From: Bdellovibrionota bacterium
GTDB lineage: Bacteria; Bdellovibrionota_C; UBA2361; JAAYZI01
Assembly (NCBI GenBank): GCA_050950765.1
Contig: JBMNIF010000002.1
Location: 1,152,001 to 1,216,000, forward strand
Reading direction: 5' to 3'
Length of the DNA stretch: 64,000 nt
In this document: positions 42,060 through 52,576 of the stretch, one piece after another
How the letters are laid out: every line of letters starts with the position of its first letter
Numbering within the stretch: the stretch's first letter is position 1
Notes under the pieces: generated by a model
What the model was told of the DNA's origin: nothing
The model's database searches: none
The model's input: the letters and a program-made list of their open reading frames with translations, nothing else
Translations under genes and position numbers: made by a program

Positions 42060-43772
42060 ATGTCTTCAAATAAAACATTTTTTGCTTCAAATGATACCCC
42101 TCTAAATAACTCTTTTGAGTCTGAAGGCATTAAGGACGCTTTAATTTTTGAGGATGCAAAACGCACAATCCCGATAGGCGTTGAATTATTGGAAGAAAGC
42201 CTTAATAGGGTTCCTGTTGAATTAAAAGATGGCGTCCTTGAATTAGTGGCTTTGCGTTTATACGTCCCCCCTCAGAAAGAGGCTTCACTCAAGAGTTGGA
42301 TTGCAGAGTTTGAAGAGAGACACTCTATAAAACTCGTCATCCAGAGGCATCCGAGTTATAAAGGTATTCAAAATTTATTCAATGATTATTTGCAAGGGCA
42401 GACTATTTTAACAGCTGCACATATTCCCACTCTGGAAACAATAGTAAATAAATTTTTTGGCACCCCCCCTGTAGTTAATGATCTTGAAGAAAAAATGAAG
42501 TTAATTCAAAACTTGCCGGATTTAACGAACTTGCCTCTGATCGCTATTGATGCTGCCTCTACAAAAGATCCGGAAGATGCTTTCTGCGTGGAAGAGTTAA
42601 GCCCCGATCTCTACCGTTTAACGGTTGCTATCTCTGACATTAGTTGGATGATTAACCCGCGTGGAGCACAACTGGATTTTGCAATAAATCTTGGTGCTAC
42701 CATTTATACAAAAAGGCGCAATATCTCAACGCTGGGGGTGCTGGCGACAGAAAGGCGTACGCATTTTTCTTTAGAAAATAAAAGTCCGGCTTGGGTTTTG
42801 CAATTTGAGATCTCTACAAATGGGAAGGTAAAAGTTCTTACCAGCCCTTTTTTAGCAGATGTTTTAGTTCATAGAACACTTACTCCTGATGAGATCATAA
42901 CTTCAGCGGGAACGGATCAAAGCTTGCAGAGCTTAATGAAAGTGGCGCTTCTCCTAAAGCTGCATAGATTAGGGAGGAAGGTTAACGATACCCACTTACA
43001 AAACATACAGGTTAACCCAGGGTTGGTCGTTTCAGAGATAATGATCAAAACAAAAGAATCTTTTGCAGCTTTTCTTGACAAGTATAAATCAAAAAAGGCG
43101 ATATTTAAGGTTCAGCAGAACCTTTCGCTCAATAAAATTCGAGAATTGGTGCGGACTTTAAGAAAGATGGGGATCTTTGTGAGAGCTGATAACTTTCGTA
43201 ATCCGATCCTCCTAACTGATCTCCTTTCTGAACTGCAAGAGATGAGCTTTGATGCCAGAATTAAAACAGGACAGGATACAGGCGGCACTGATCGTGTCAT
43301 GAGAGATATCTTAGATGTGCTTTTAAAACGAGCCCATTATGATTCTCATAATAGGGGGCATAAAAGCTTAAGTGTTCCCTCCTATTGCGATATTAAAGGT
43401 AGACTTGCTGCCGGTATTATTAATCAGATTCAAGCGCGTAACATTCTAACTGGTAGTGCTGCTACTTACAGTAACATAGAGATACGTAAAATGGTTAATA
43501 AGTTAAATAGGCAGATGAAAAACTACGGAATTAAAGTTTATACTTTAAGTTTCCTTGAGATGTTAAAATCAAAATTAGCCACCGTTGGAGATACTTTTCA
43601 AGGCGAAGTAGTAAAAACTACCGGCACTACAACTTTTATAGATGTTGCAGGTTTTAAAAGATGGGGCGTTGTGCACCTTCCGCAAAAAAGAGAGCAGGGG
43701 ACAGTTCTGGAGTTTAAATTAAAGGGATATTCCTTACAGGCACAACGATTTCTGTTTGAAGTTAATCCTTGA
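42060..43772 (+). CDS. Divergent RNB-domain (RNase II/R-like) protein with probable C-terminal S1 domain
   Basis: IAIDAASTKDPEDA, LTVAISDIS, LVVSEIMI and GHKSL; C-terminal VGDTFQGEVV. Confidence 0.72.
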   Translation: MSSNKTFFASNDTPLNNSFESEGIKDALIFEDAKRTIPIGVELLEESLNRVPVELKDGVLELVALRLYVPPQKEASLKSWIAEFEERHSIKLVIQRHPSYKGIQNLFNDYLQGQTILTAAHIPTLETIVNKFFGTPPVVNDLEEKMKLIQNLPDLTNLPLIAIDAASTKDPEDAFCVEELSPDLYRLTVAISDISWMINPRGAQLDFAINLGATIYTKRRNISTLGVLATERRTHFSLENKSPAWVLQFEISTNGKVKVLTSPFLADVLVHRTLTPDEIITSAGTDQSLQSLMKVALLLKLHRLGRKVNDTHLQNIQVNPGLVVSEIMIKTKESFAAFLDKYKSKKAIFKVQQNLSLNKIRELVRTLRKMGIFVRADNFRNPILLTDLLSELQEMSFDARIKTGQDTGGTDRVMRDILDVLLKRAHYDSHNRGHKSLSVPSYCDIKGRLAAGIINQIQARNILTGSAATYSNIEIRKMVNKLNRQMKNYGIKVYTLSFLEMLKSKLATVGDTFQGEVVKTTGTTTFIDVAGFKRWGVVHLPQKREQGTVLEFKLKGYSLQAQRFLFEVNP

Positions 43773-44391
43773 AAAAACAACCCCCCCCCCTTTAAACAAA
43801 AAGTGTAAATTCGGTGTACATTTTTAAAAACTTTCAAGATAGGGCGTAAGCGATCAAAACGCTCCACGTCCTTGACAGGTTTATGCTTTAATGTGTCCGT
43901 GTCGGAGGAGGATTTTTTATAAGGCCTTGAGAGTCTCTGCCCACATACACTTCAGGTGCGCAGATAGTTTGGTGCTATGAGGTGGAAAAATTTAAAAAAC
44001 GTCACGTCACTCGACTGCCTCTTGCTAGGTCAATATAATTTTTGTTTGAGGTGTGCTAACCCCACTGTGGTGTCAGATTAGGCGATACTTTTTAAGATAA
44101 AGATCTTTCTTAAAAAAATCAGGATACTCTTTTAACGTCATAAAATTACTACTGTATTGTTGTTTTTTATTATAAAACAGAGATTGAATTTCTTAATTTG
44201 TGAAAGCAAAAACTTCACCCTTCTTACGCAGAGAAAGGGTAATAAAAATTCCTTATTCGTTGTGTTTTTAAATGTTCACGCTTTGTTAAATATTCGTATT
44301 GCCTCAAAAATAGATGACAAAGCAATCTGTTGCGAAGATACCTTTTATTTTGCTAAATTGAAGCGAAAATTGTTAATTAAAATGAGTTAAA

Positions 44392-45480
44392 ATGATAGCG
44401 ATATTTGTTGCTGCTCTTGTTATTTCTATTGGTACTTCGTTTGTTTGTTCTCTAATGGAGGCAGCTTACTACGCCGTCTCCATATCTTATGTAAGGAGTT
44501 TGGCTGAAAAAGGAAGTGGAGTCGGTAAGCTTTTACTAAAGTTTAAGGAAGGTATTGGAGAGCCGATCTCTGCCATATTAATTCTTAATACTGTTGCTCA
44601 CACTGCTGGTGCCTCTGTCGCCGGTTGGGCTGCAGCAGATCTGTTCGGACCTAATGCATTGCTACCTTTTTCTATAATTTATACTTTGGCAGTTTTGTAT
44701 CTTAGTGAGATCTTGCCAAAGTTGATAGGGGTCATGCATGCTAAGGTGGTAGTAAGGATTTTTGCATATCCACTCAATTTTTTAATTAAGATTCTCTATC
44801 CGTTAATCTGGATTTCAAATTTAATGGCACAAAAAATTCCATCAGGGAAAGGTGGAGAGATCTCAACAGAGGAAGTTCTTTCGATGGCAGAGTTGGGAGA
44901 GGAAGAGGGAGCGTTAGATAGTTTGGAAAGCTCTGTTATTGAAAATATTATCGGGTTAGACCAGATTTTGGTTGGTGCTGTGATGACTCCTCGTGTTGTA
45001 GTGATGAGGTTTAATGAAGCTTTAACGCTTGAACAGATAAAACCAGAGATGGACAACCTCTCTTATTCTAGGGTGCCGCTATATTCAGAAGAAGATCCCG
45101 ATGAGTTGACCTCCTATGTTACGCAACGAGATATCTTTAGAGAATTAGTGCATGGGCATAATCAAAAAACTTTAAAGGAGATCTCTCGACCTTTGAAAAC
45201 GGTACCAGAATTGATGCGTTGTGATAAATTACTCCTTGAAATGTTTGCTGAGAAGGAGCACCTCTATTCTGTTGTTGATGAGCACGGTGGATTAGCTGGT
45301 ATCATCACGTTGGAAGATATTATAGAAGAGATTATCGGGCATGAGATCGTTGATGAATATGATGCTGTTAGTAACATGCGAGCTCTTGCTAGGTTGTTGC
45401 GTTTTAAAAAATGGCGTAACAGTAAGGCTAATGCTGCTAAGCGACAATCGAAACTAAAAGATACAAAAGAAAAGCTCTAG
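44392..45480 (+). CDS. CNNM/CBS-domain (hemolysin/CorC family) membrane protein
   Basis: SFVCSLMEAA, ILILNTVAHTAG, SEILPK, VMTPR and VVDEHGGLAGIITLEDIIEEIIG. Confidence 0.92.
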   Translation: MIAIFVAALVISIGTSFVCSLMEAAYYAVSISYVRSLAEKGSGVGKLLLKFKEGIGEPISAILILNTVAHTAGASVAGWAAADLFGPNALLPFSIIYTLAVLYLSEILPKLIGVMHAKVVVRIFAYPLNFLIKILYPLIWISNLMAQKIPSGKGGEISTEEVLSMAELGEEEGALDSLESSVIENIIGLDQILVGAVMTPRVVVMRFNEALTLEQIKPEMDNLSYSRVPLYSEEDPDELTSYVTQRDIFRELVHGHNQKTLKEISRPLKTVPELMRCDKLLLEMFAEKEHLYSVVDEHGGLAGIITLEDIIEEIIGHEIVDEYDAVSNMRALARLLRFKKWRNSKANAAKRQSKLKDTKEKL

Positions 45481-46229
45481 CGATAAGATAAGAAGTTTTT
45501 GATGTTTTCTTTTATGCTGGCTGCCAAAGTTTCTTTGTCTTCGTTTCTTACTTCCGCAATCTTATTAAAAATGTAAGTAACACCGGCAGATTTATGAAAA
45601 TCTGTTATGTTGGAAGCGTCTGTTTCAATAAGAATTCTATCACTTGGAATCTCTTTTATAACGGTTAAGAACCTTTCTTCTGATAGTAAATTATAAGCAA
45701 ATGAAAAGTATGCTCCATAATTAAGTAGCTTTGAAAGAACTTGCGCCGACCCTGAAAAGGCGTGAAACATCAGAGACTGCGGAACTTTCGTGCTTGAAAA
45801 AATATTCAACAACAGGTTCCAACTTTTGACTATATGAATTGATGTGGGGAGTGACATTTCTACTGCTATGGCGAGTTGCCTTCGGAAAACATCCTCTTGT
45901 ATTAAGATGCTATCAGGTATTGATAGCATCTTTCTTGAACGATCTAGTCCGATCTCTCCTATCCCAAAAGGATACTTTATTAAAAGATTGCGCAGTTCAT
46001 CTTCCCAATCTAGCGAAGCTGAGTGTGCATACCAAGGATGTAAACCAAAAAAAGGAATTACATCACGATGGCGTGCGGCGATCTCTGCAACGTTCTGCCA
46101 ATCAGATTGCTTTGTACCATTACAGATAAAACGAGTTATGTTGTTACGACGAGCTTCTTCTAAAAAGAGATCTTGCTCTGTAATGGTGCCGAAACTTTGT
46201 AAGTGTAGGTGCGAATCGCTAAAGAACAT
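45477..46229 (-). CDS. tatD: TatD-family hydrolase
   Basis: DSHLH, GLHPW, IGEIGLD, HAFSGS and ILIETD. Confidence 0.9.
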   Translation of the reverse strand: MFFSDSHLHLQSFGTITEQDLFLEEARRNNITRFICNGTKQSDWQNVAEIAARHRDVIPFFGLHPWYAHSASLDWEDELRNLLIKYPFGIGEIGLDRSRKMLSIPDSILIQEDVFRRQLAIAVEMSLPTSIHIVKSWNLLLNIFSSTKVPQSLMFHAFSGSAQVLSKLLNYGAYFSFAYNLLSEERFLTVIKEIPSDRILIETDASNITDFHKSAGVTYIFNKIAEVRNEDKETLAASIKENIKNFLSYR

Positions 46230-46258
46230 AAGTGGAACATGGATTAGAAAAAAATGCT

Positions 46259-47191
46259 TTAATAGTTTGTAATTAAAACCTCCGTAATTTTGCCGCGCCC
46301 CGATCCTTTAGAGTTAATAACACGAGCTGCTTTAACTTTATAAATATTGAAGCCTTTATATAGTTCCATAATTAACGGTGCTGCCGAATTGGATAGCATC
46401 CATTTTACGCCGCGCTTATCAAGTTCTACGCAAACATCTCTTAGTCTTAACTGCTCGTCTTGTCCGAAGCCGTTGGGATTGTAAGTTGTAAAGTTTGAAG
46501 TTGCACTAAGTGGGGCGTACGGTGGATCGAAATAAACAAAGTCTCCCTTTTCTGCTTTTTTTAAAACAGACTCAAAGGAGGCGACTTTTAGGTGTGTATC
46601 CTTGAGAGCTATGCTACAAGCTTGTAAATTATCTTCATCAAGCCACTTGGGATTTTTGTATCGTCCAAACGGAACGTTAAATTGCCCTAAAGAATTAACG
46701 CGATACAAGCCGTTGTAACAGTTCTTGTTGAGGTAAATCAGACGGCTTGCTTTTGAAACAGAATGCCAACGATTATAACTCGGACGACGATCGGCGTTAC
46801 GGATTTCATAATAATATTCTTCACCACCTTTATGCTTTTTTAAGGCTTGGCATAACTTCTTACAATTATCACGAACTGCTGTGTATGCGTTAATTAATTC
46901 TCCGTTTATATCAGAAAGATAGGCATTCTTCGGTTGAAGCTCAAAGAAAAGAGCGCCTCCCCCGACAAACGGTTCAAAATAACGATTAAAATTACTCGGT
47001 GCGAGACCCTTTAAGATTTTTAAGAGTTGTTTTTTTCCGCCAGCCCACTTGATAAAAGGACGTGGTGATGGCTGCGGTTCTGGAATTGAAGAGAGCGGCA
47101 GTTGTATTAATTTAGGAGTCTTAGGACGTTTTTTTAAACGTTCGCTAGACTTCGTGCGTGATTTGGCGTTAGTTTCTGAGCTTGATGCCAT
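46259..47191 (-). CDS. dam: DNA adenine methylase (Dam/DpnM-like)
   Basis: PFIKWAGGKKQL, YFEPFVGGGA, YLNKNCYNGLYRVN..G.FNVPFG and FVYFDPPY. Confidence 0.9.
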   Translation of the reverse strand: MASSSETNAKSRTKSSERLKKRPKTPKLIQLPLSSIPEPQPSPRPFIKWAGGKKQLLKILKGLAPSNFNRYFEPFVGGGALFFELQPKNAYLSDINGELINAYTAVRDNCKKLCQALKKHKGGEEYYYEIRNADRRPSYNRWHSVSKASRLIYLNKNCYNGLYRVNSLGQFNVPFGRYKNPKWLDEDNLQACSIALKDTHLKVASFESVLKKAEKGDFVYFDPPYAPLSATSNFTTYNPNGFGQDEQLRLRDVCVELDKRGVKWMLSNSAAPLIMELYKGFNIYKVKAARVINSKGSGRGKITEVLITNY

Positions 47192-47329
47192 AAGTTCTAG
47201 TTCTTTTGTTTACTTTAAAGAGTTTAAAGTAAGCTAGCACAAAAGTGACCATGCTTAAAATACTAAAATATATCTATCTGAAAAGATTGTGTAAAATTAT
47301 CTGGTTTAGTTAAATTTTTATCTTTTGCT

Positions 47330-48790
47330 AACCTCTTGATATTACTAGCGTCTCTGTTGGATGGCACCAAATTCCCAACCACCAGATCTAAGCCCGTTCA
47401 GTTGTTCTTGGTGGGTGGCACCAAATTCATCCAGTCGCTTAAGCCATCAAAGCGGCAAAAAAGAAGGGTGGCACCAGTTTTTTAACCCCCGTCGAGCGGC
47501 TAAACTGAAGGGTGGCACCAAGATCGCCAAACCTAAACTTCTGCTAATGTCTTGATATCACTAGCGTCCCTGTTGGGTGGTACCAAATTTTTAACCTCCG
47601 TAGAAATCTAGCTGACTCGTTCTGCAGTTGCAGCCCGTCCTGCTGCTCTGTTGGGTGGCACCAAAACTGCCAAACTTAAACTTCTGCTAATGTCTTGATA
47701 TCATTAGCGTCCCTAGTGGGTGGCACCAGATTTTTAACCCAGCCTTTCAATTAGGACACCCACTTTTTACCCCCGTCTAGGTCTAGCTACTTCGTTTTTT
47801 AGTATCAGCCCGCTTAATCGTCCCTAAAAGGTGGGGGAGCTTCTGAAGGGTGGCACCAAAAGCCAAGCCAGCCAAATCTGCCAGATCCCGTCCTTACTGA
47901 AGGGTGGCACCAAATTCCCAACCACCAGATCTAAGCCCGTTCAGTTGTTCTTGGTGGGTGGCACCAAATTCATCCAGTCGCTTAAGCCATCAAAGCGGCA
48001 AAAAAGAAGGGTGGCACCAGTTTTTTAACTCTGCAGTTACAGCCCGTCCTGCTGTCCCTAGTGGGTGGCACCAGAATCGCCAAACCTAAACTTCTGCTAA
48101 TGTCTTGATATCACTAGCGTCCCTGTTGGGTGGCACCAAATTTTTAACCCAGCCTTCCAATTAGGACACCCACTTTTACCTGAAGGGTGGCACCAAATTT
48201 TTGATCTCCGTCCAGATCTAGCCGATTTGATTTGCAGTTGCAGCCCGTCCTGCTGTCTCTGTTGGATGGCACCAAATTCCCAACCACCAGATCTAAGCCC
48301 GTTCAGTTGTTCTTGGTGGGTGGCACCAAATTCATCCAGTCGCTTAAGCCATCAAAGCGGCAAAAAAGAAGGGTGGCACCAGTTTTTTAACTCTGCAGTT
48401 ACAGCCCGTCCTGCTGTCCCTAGTGGGTGGCACCAGAATCGCCAAACCTAAACTTCTGCTAATGTCTTGATATCACTAGCGTCCCTGTTGGGTGGCACCA
48501 AATTTTTAACCCAGCCTTCCAATTAGGACACCCACTTTTAGCTGAAGGGTGGCACCAAATTTATCCAGTCGCTTAAGCTGTCAAAGCGGCAAAAAAGAAG
48601 GGTGGCACCAGTTTTTTAACCCCCGTCCAGATCTAGCCGATTCGATTTGCAGTTGCAGCCCGTCCTGCTGTCCCTGTTGGGTGGCACCAAATTTTTGACC
48701 CCCATCGAGCCGATCCCGCTCTGCAGTTGTACCCGTTCTACTCTCCCTTGAAGGGTGTTCAGTTGTCCCTAGTGGGTGACTCCAGTAACA
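47330..48790 (-). repeat. Largest REP-like mosaic array (>20 cores, read GGGTGGCACCA on +; ~360-bp higher-order repeat)
   Basis: Repeated modules, e.g. CATCCAGTCGCTTAAGCCATCAAAGCGGC, CTTCTGCTAATGTCTTGATATC and AATTAGGACACCC. Confidence 0.95.
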
Positions 48791-48793
48791 CCT

Positions 48794-49312
48794 TTATTTT
48801 AAGGGATCATCTGTACTTTTATTTTTTCTTCTAAAATATTCAATTGTAGTAGTTGTTAAAGTGATTATATCCATTACAAACATCGGATACGCTTTAATGT
48901 GAAAATTAAAGATGATCCATTGCGCGTATACAGATATGAAGGTCAGCCTCATATGTTGAGCAGATTTTGATAGCGATGCTAAAATAATAAACGATACCGT
49001 AGCGGTTATTGGGAGAATCCCAAACCAAGAATTCTTGTTAAAGCAGATTCCTAAACAGATTATTCCGATACAAATAAGGGAGATATTATATTTATTCAAC
49101 TTCCCCTTTAAGTCTAAAATATTTCTTATCATAAGTATGAGAATAGAAGTGAAAGCTGAATATCCACCTAACATAAGGAATGAAAGCGCATAGAAGATGT
49201 TGCCGATCAACAGAACGGCTACCATGTTCTTTTTATTCTTGCCGAATATTGAAACTAGGGTAAAAAATACACCAATAAACGATAAAATTTGACCTAAAAT
49301 AAAATCATCCAT
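48794..49312 (-). CDS. YgjV-family inner membrane protein
   Basis: 172-aa hydrophobic ORF with GQILSFIG and LLIGNIFYALSFLMLGGYSA...RN pattern. Confidence 0.7.
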   Translation of the reverse strand: MDDFILGQILSFIGVFFTLVSIFGKNKKNMVAVLLIGNIFYALSFLMLGGYSAFTSILILMIRNILDLKGKLNKYNISLICIGIICLGICFNKNSWFGILPITATVSFIILASLSKSAQHMRLTFISVYAQWIIFNFHIKAYPMFVMDIITLTTTTIEYFRRKNKSTDDPLK

Positions 49313-49735
49313 AATTTTAACAACTCTTGTAATAAACGATACACCCTTAGCGCAGGTCACACACACCTATATTTACATCCTTCCTTGTATTCAAATTTTA
49401 AAAATATTGGAAGAGAACGGTTCCAGCACGGTTTTGATCGCATTGCAGAGATGGGGCTAAAAAAATGCAACGAGGAATGTAAAAGTTATTACTCTGTGCC
49501 TGTTAATTTTAAAGCAGATATTCCTCCTTTTAATAATAAACAAGCTATGTTAACTTTTCCGCACCCCTCTAAAATATAAGAGACTCGGTGTCTAAAGAAA
49601 ATCTTTGACAGTTCTTTTCTTTTTTATGTTTTTGTTGTCGGGGTATCTATCTATTGTTTTGCATCGGATCTTTCCTTACCGAGCAGCTTTGATAGGAAGG
49701 TGTGGAGGCAAATAGAACGGTATAAAGGAGCAATA

Positions 49736-51190
49736 ATGGCTGACGGTGAGATCCGAAATTTTCTCGAGATTAGTTATGATAAGCTGGAAGAATTAAACCT
49801 CGAGGCGAAACAAAAAGTTGCGGCACGTGTTTGTGATGATGATTTGCGGGAGCATTACGTAAAATATCTTACCGATGAAAGGAGGATCAAAGCTTTAACA
49901 GTCTGCTTTAGCGACTTAGAGGGCCGCTTCCATATGTTGGATTATGACAAGAAGTACTTACTTAGGTCGTGTGATAATTTAACCTTTGATGGCTCGTCGA
50001 TACACGGTTTTTCGCAGGTACGTGAATCAGATCTGCGCTTGGCGATAGATTGGGGTAGCTTCCGGTGGTTGCCCTCAGATATTTTTGGACCTGGAAAAGT
50101 TTTAGTGTTCGGTTTGATTCTCGATCAAGAAGGGAGAAGTTATAGCGCCGATATGCGTGGCAGATTAAAACACCTCTGTGACGATCTCTATAAAGAAAAA
50201 CGTCTGCTGGCAAATGTCTCTGTCGAGTGTGAAGGTTTCCTTTTTGAGGGGATTAATGCGGAGCAACATTTTAGCCCGAGTTATAGTAATGGACACGGTT
50301 TTAAATTAGTTTCGAGCGGAGGATATTTTCATTCCTTACCGAAAGATCCTTTAAAATTGTTTATTGATGCTTTAGCAGAGGCACAACGTGCGTTAGGGTT
50401 TGAAAATGAAAAAGATCACCCTGAAGTTGCTCCGTCTCAATTCGAGTTGAATTACCGCTACTGCGATGCTTTGCAAGCTGCCGATCAAATTCAATTATAC
50501 AAATTAACAGCGCGTCAAGTTGCGGATAGTATGGGTATGACAGCTTGCTTTCTTCCTAAGCCGATAGCTGGAATAAATGGAAGTGGTATGCATTGCAATT
50601 TTTCATTTGCACGCGATGGGGAAAATCTGTTTTATGATAAAGATGGAGAAGGGAACCTTTCTCCTATGGCGTGGGATATTGTGGCTAGGCTTTTAAATAA
50701 TGCAAAAGATCTCTGCCTCATATTTAATTCAAGCGTTAATGCTTATCGGCGTTTAGATTCTGCTTATGAAGCCCCGAACAAAATAACAGTTTCTACTACT
50801 GACAGGACTTCAATGGTGCGGATTCCACTTGGTAATGCACAAACCTCCCGTTTAGAGGTGCGAAGTGTGGCTCCTGATGCTAATCCGTATCTGACGATGT
50901 TAGCTTTAATTAAGACATCTTTTGAAGGTCCACTTAAAAATGTTGGGGATCTGGAAGAGTTCAAGCGTAATGAGCAGATCCTTCCAAGTAATATCTATGA
51001 TGCGATTGATGCCTTTGGCAGTAGTGATTTTATCACAGCTATGCTGGGAGAAGAGTGCCAAGCAAAGTATTTGGAGCGAAAGGTTTTAGTGGCTACTAGA
51101 TCTCCGAGAGAGCTGGGGAACTGGGTTAAACGTAGTGAAATTTTATTTCATCATGAGGTAACGGATCAACATATTTGGAATGAGTTCTAA
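49736..51190 (+). CDS. glnA: Glutamine synthetase family protein
   Basis: FDGSSI, ECEGFLF, HPEVAPSQFE, PKPIAGINGSGMH, NAYRRL..AYEAP and RLEVRS; AAGGAG SD before ATG 49736. Confidence 0.9.
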   Translation: MADGEIRNFLEISYDKLEELNLEAKQKVAARVCDDDLREHYVKYLTDERRIKALTVCFSDLEGRFHMLDYDKKYLLRSCDNLTFDGSSIHGFSQVRESDLRLAIDWGSFRWLPSDIFGPGKVLVFGLILDQEGRSYSADMRGRLKHLCDDLYKEKRLLANVSVECEGFLFEGINAEQHFSPSYSNGHGFKLVSSGGYFHSLPKDPLKLFIDALAEAQRALGFENEKDHPEVAPSQFELNYRYCDALQAADQIQLYKLTARQVADSMGMTACFLPKPIAGINGSGMHCNFSFARDGENLFYDKDGEGNLSPMAWDIVARLLNNAKDLCLIFNSSVNAYRRLDSAYEAPNKITVSTTDRTSMVRIPLGNAQTSRLEVRSVAPDANPYLTMLALIKTSFEGPLKNVGDLEEFKRNEQILPSNIYDAIDAFGSSDFITAMLGEECQAKYLERKVLVATRSPRELGNWVKRSEILFHHEVTDQHIWNEF

Positions 51191-51283
51191 AGCTCCTCTC
51201 ATCCTCTAAACGTTTTAAACATTAAGAAGTGGGGGAGATATACCCCCTTTCCCTGTTCTTCTTTATATTTTATCTTCTCTTGC

Positions 51284-52576
51284 ATGATAAAAGACAAGAG
51301 AGGACTATCAACTATCGCTTTGCATGCTGGAGAAAATCGTCGTTCTGATACAAACGCTGCTGCTGTACCGATCTATCAAACGTCATCATTTATTTTTGAC
51401 AGTACGCAATGTGCAGCAGATCTTTTTGCCTATAAAAAATCAGGCAACATCTATTCACGTCTTTCCAATCCGACTAACGATGTTCTTGAGAAAAGGATTG
51501 CAGCTTTTGAAGGCGGCTCCGCAGCTGTCTCTACAGCTTCCGGAATGGCCGCTATCTCAAATGCACTTTTGACAATAACAACTTCAGGAGATGAGATCGT
51601 TTCAACAGATAATCTATACGGTGGGTCGTATTCCCTCTTAAATCACACCTTCCGTGATTTCGGAAGAACTGTTCGCTTTGCACCTTCTACGGATCTCAAT
51701 GCTTTAAAGAGTTTAATTACAGAGAAAACAAAAGCGATCTACACCGAAACGATCGGTAATCCGAAGGTTGATGTGGCAGACTTTGAAAAGTTAGCTGAGA
51801 TCGCTCATCAAGTAGGTATCCCGCTAGTCGTTGATAATACGGTCGGAGTAGGGTTGGTGCGACCATTCGATTTCGGAGCTGATATTATTGTTATCTCCGC
51901 CACAAAATATATCGGTGGACACGGCACATCTTTGGGTGGCTTAATAGTTGATTCTGGAAAATTTAATTGGAATAACGGAAAATTCCCAACCATCACTGCA
52001 CCAGATCCAGCAAATCACGGTTTAGTCTTTTGGGATGCCTTTAATGATGTTCCTGAGGTGGGAAATATGGCTTTCGCTGCAAAGGTGCGTGGGGTGCTTT
52101 TACGAGATCTCGGCGCAGCCTTAAGCCCGTTCAATGCCTTTCAGATCTTGCAAGGGTTTGAAACTTTACCCCTTAGACAGAAGCGTCATTCTGAAAACGC
52201 TTTGGCGGTAGCCGAACATTTAGAGGCACATCCGAAGGTAGCGTGGGTAACGTATCCAGGGCTTCCTTCCAGTCCTTACCATGCGGTTGCTTCAAAATAT
52301 TTAAAGAACGGATATGGCGGGCTGCTCGGTTTCGGGATTAAGGGCGGACGTGAAGCGGGGGTGCGCTTTATCGATTCCGTAAAACTCCTTTTACACTTAG
52401 CAAATATCGGGGATGCTAAATCTTTGGTTATTCATCCTGCTTCAACAACACATCAGCAGCTAAGTCAGGCTGAGCAACTCGCTACGGGAGTTACTGAAGA
52501 TTATATCAGACTTTCTGTCGGTTTAGAGGATGTCTCAGATATCATCGCTGATATAGATCAAGCATTAGAATTTTAA
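51284..52576 (+). CDS. metY: O-acetylhomoserine aminocarboxypropyltransferase
   Basis: PIYQTSSF, YSRLSNPT, SATKYIGGHGT and HLANIGDAKSLVIHPASTTHQQL. Confidence 0.93.
   Translation: MIKDKRGLSTIALHAGENRRSDTNAAAVPIYQTSSFIFDSTQCAADLFAYKKSGNIYSRLSNPTNDVLEKRIAAFEGGSAAVSTASGMAAISNALLTITTSGDEIVSTDNLYGGSYSLLNHTFRDFGRTVRFAPSTDLNALKSLITEKTKAIYTETIGNPKVDVADFEKLAEIAHQVGIPLVVDNTVGVGLVRPFDFGADIIVISATKYIGGHGTSLGGLIVDSGKFNWNNGKFPTITAPDPANHGLVFWDAFNDVPEVGNMAFAAKVRGVLLRDLGAALSPFNAFQILQGFETLPLRQKRHSENALAVAEHLEAHPKVAWVTYPGLPSSPYHAVASKYLKNGYGGLLGFGIKGGREAGVRFIDSVKLLLHLANIGDAKSLVIHPASTTHQQLSQAEQLATGVTEDYIRLSVGLEDVSDIIADIDQALEF

Noticed and set aside
43860..44090. Possible ncRNA or riboswitch in a relatively GC-rich intergenic stretch
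   Set aside because: Only fragmentary resemblance to glycine-riboswitch words on the minus strand and no convincing structure; it needs an Rfam search.
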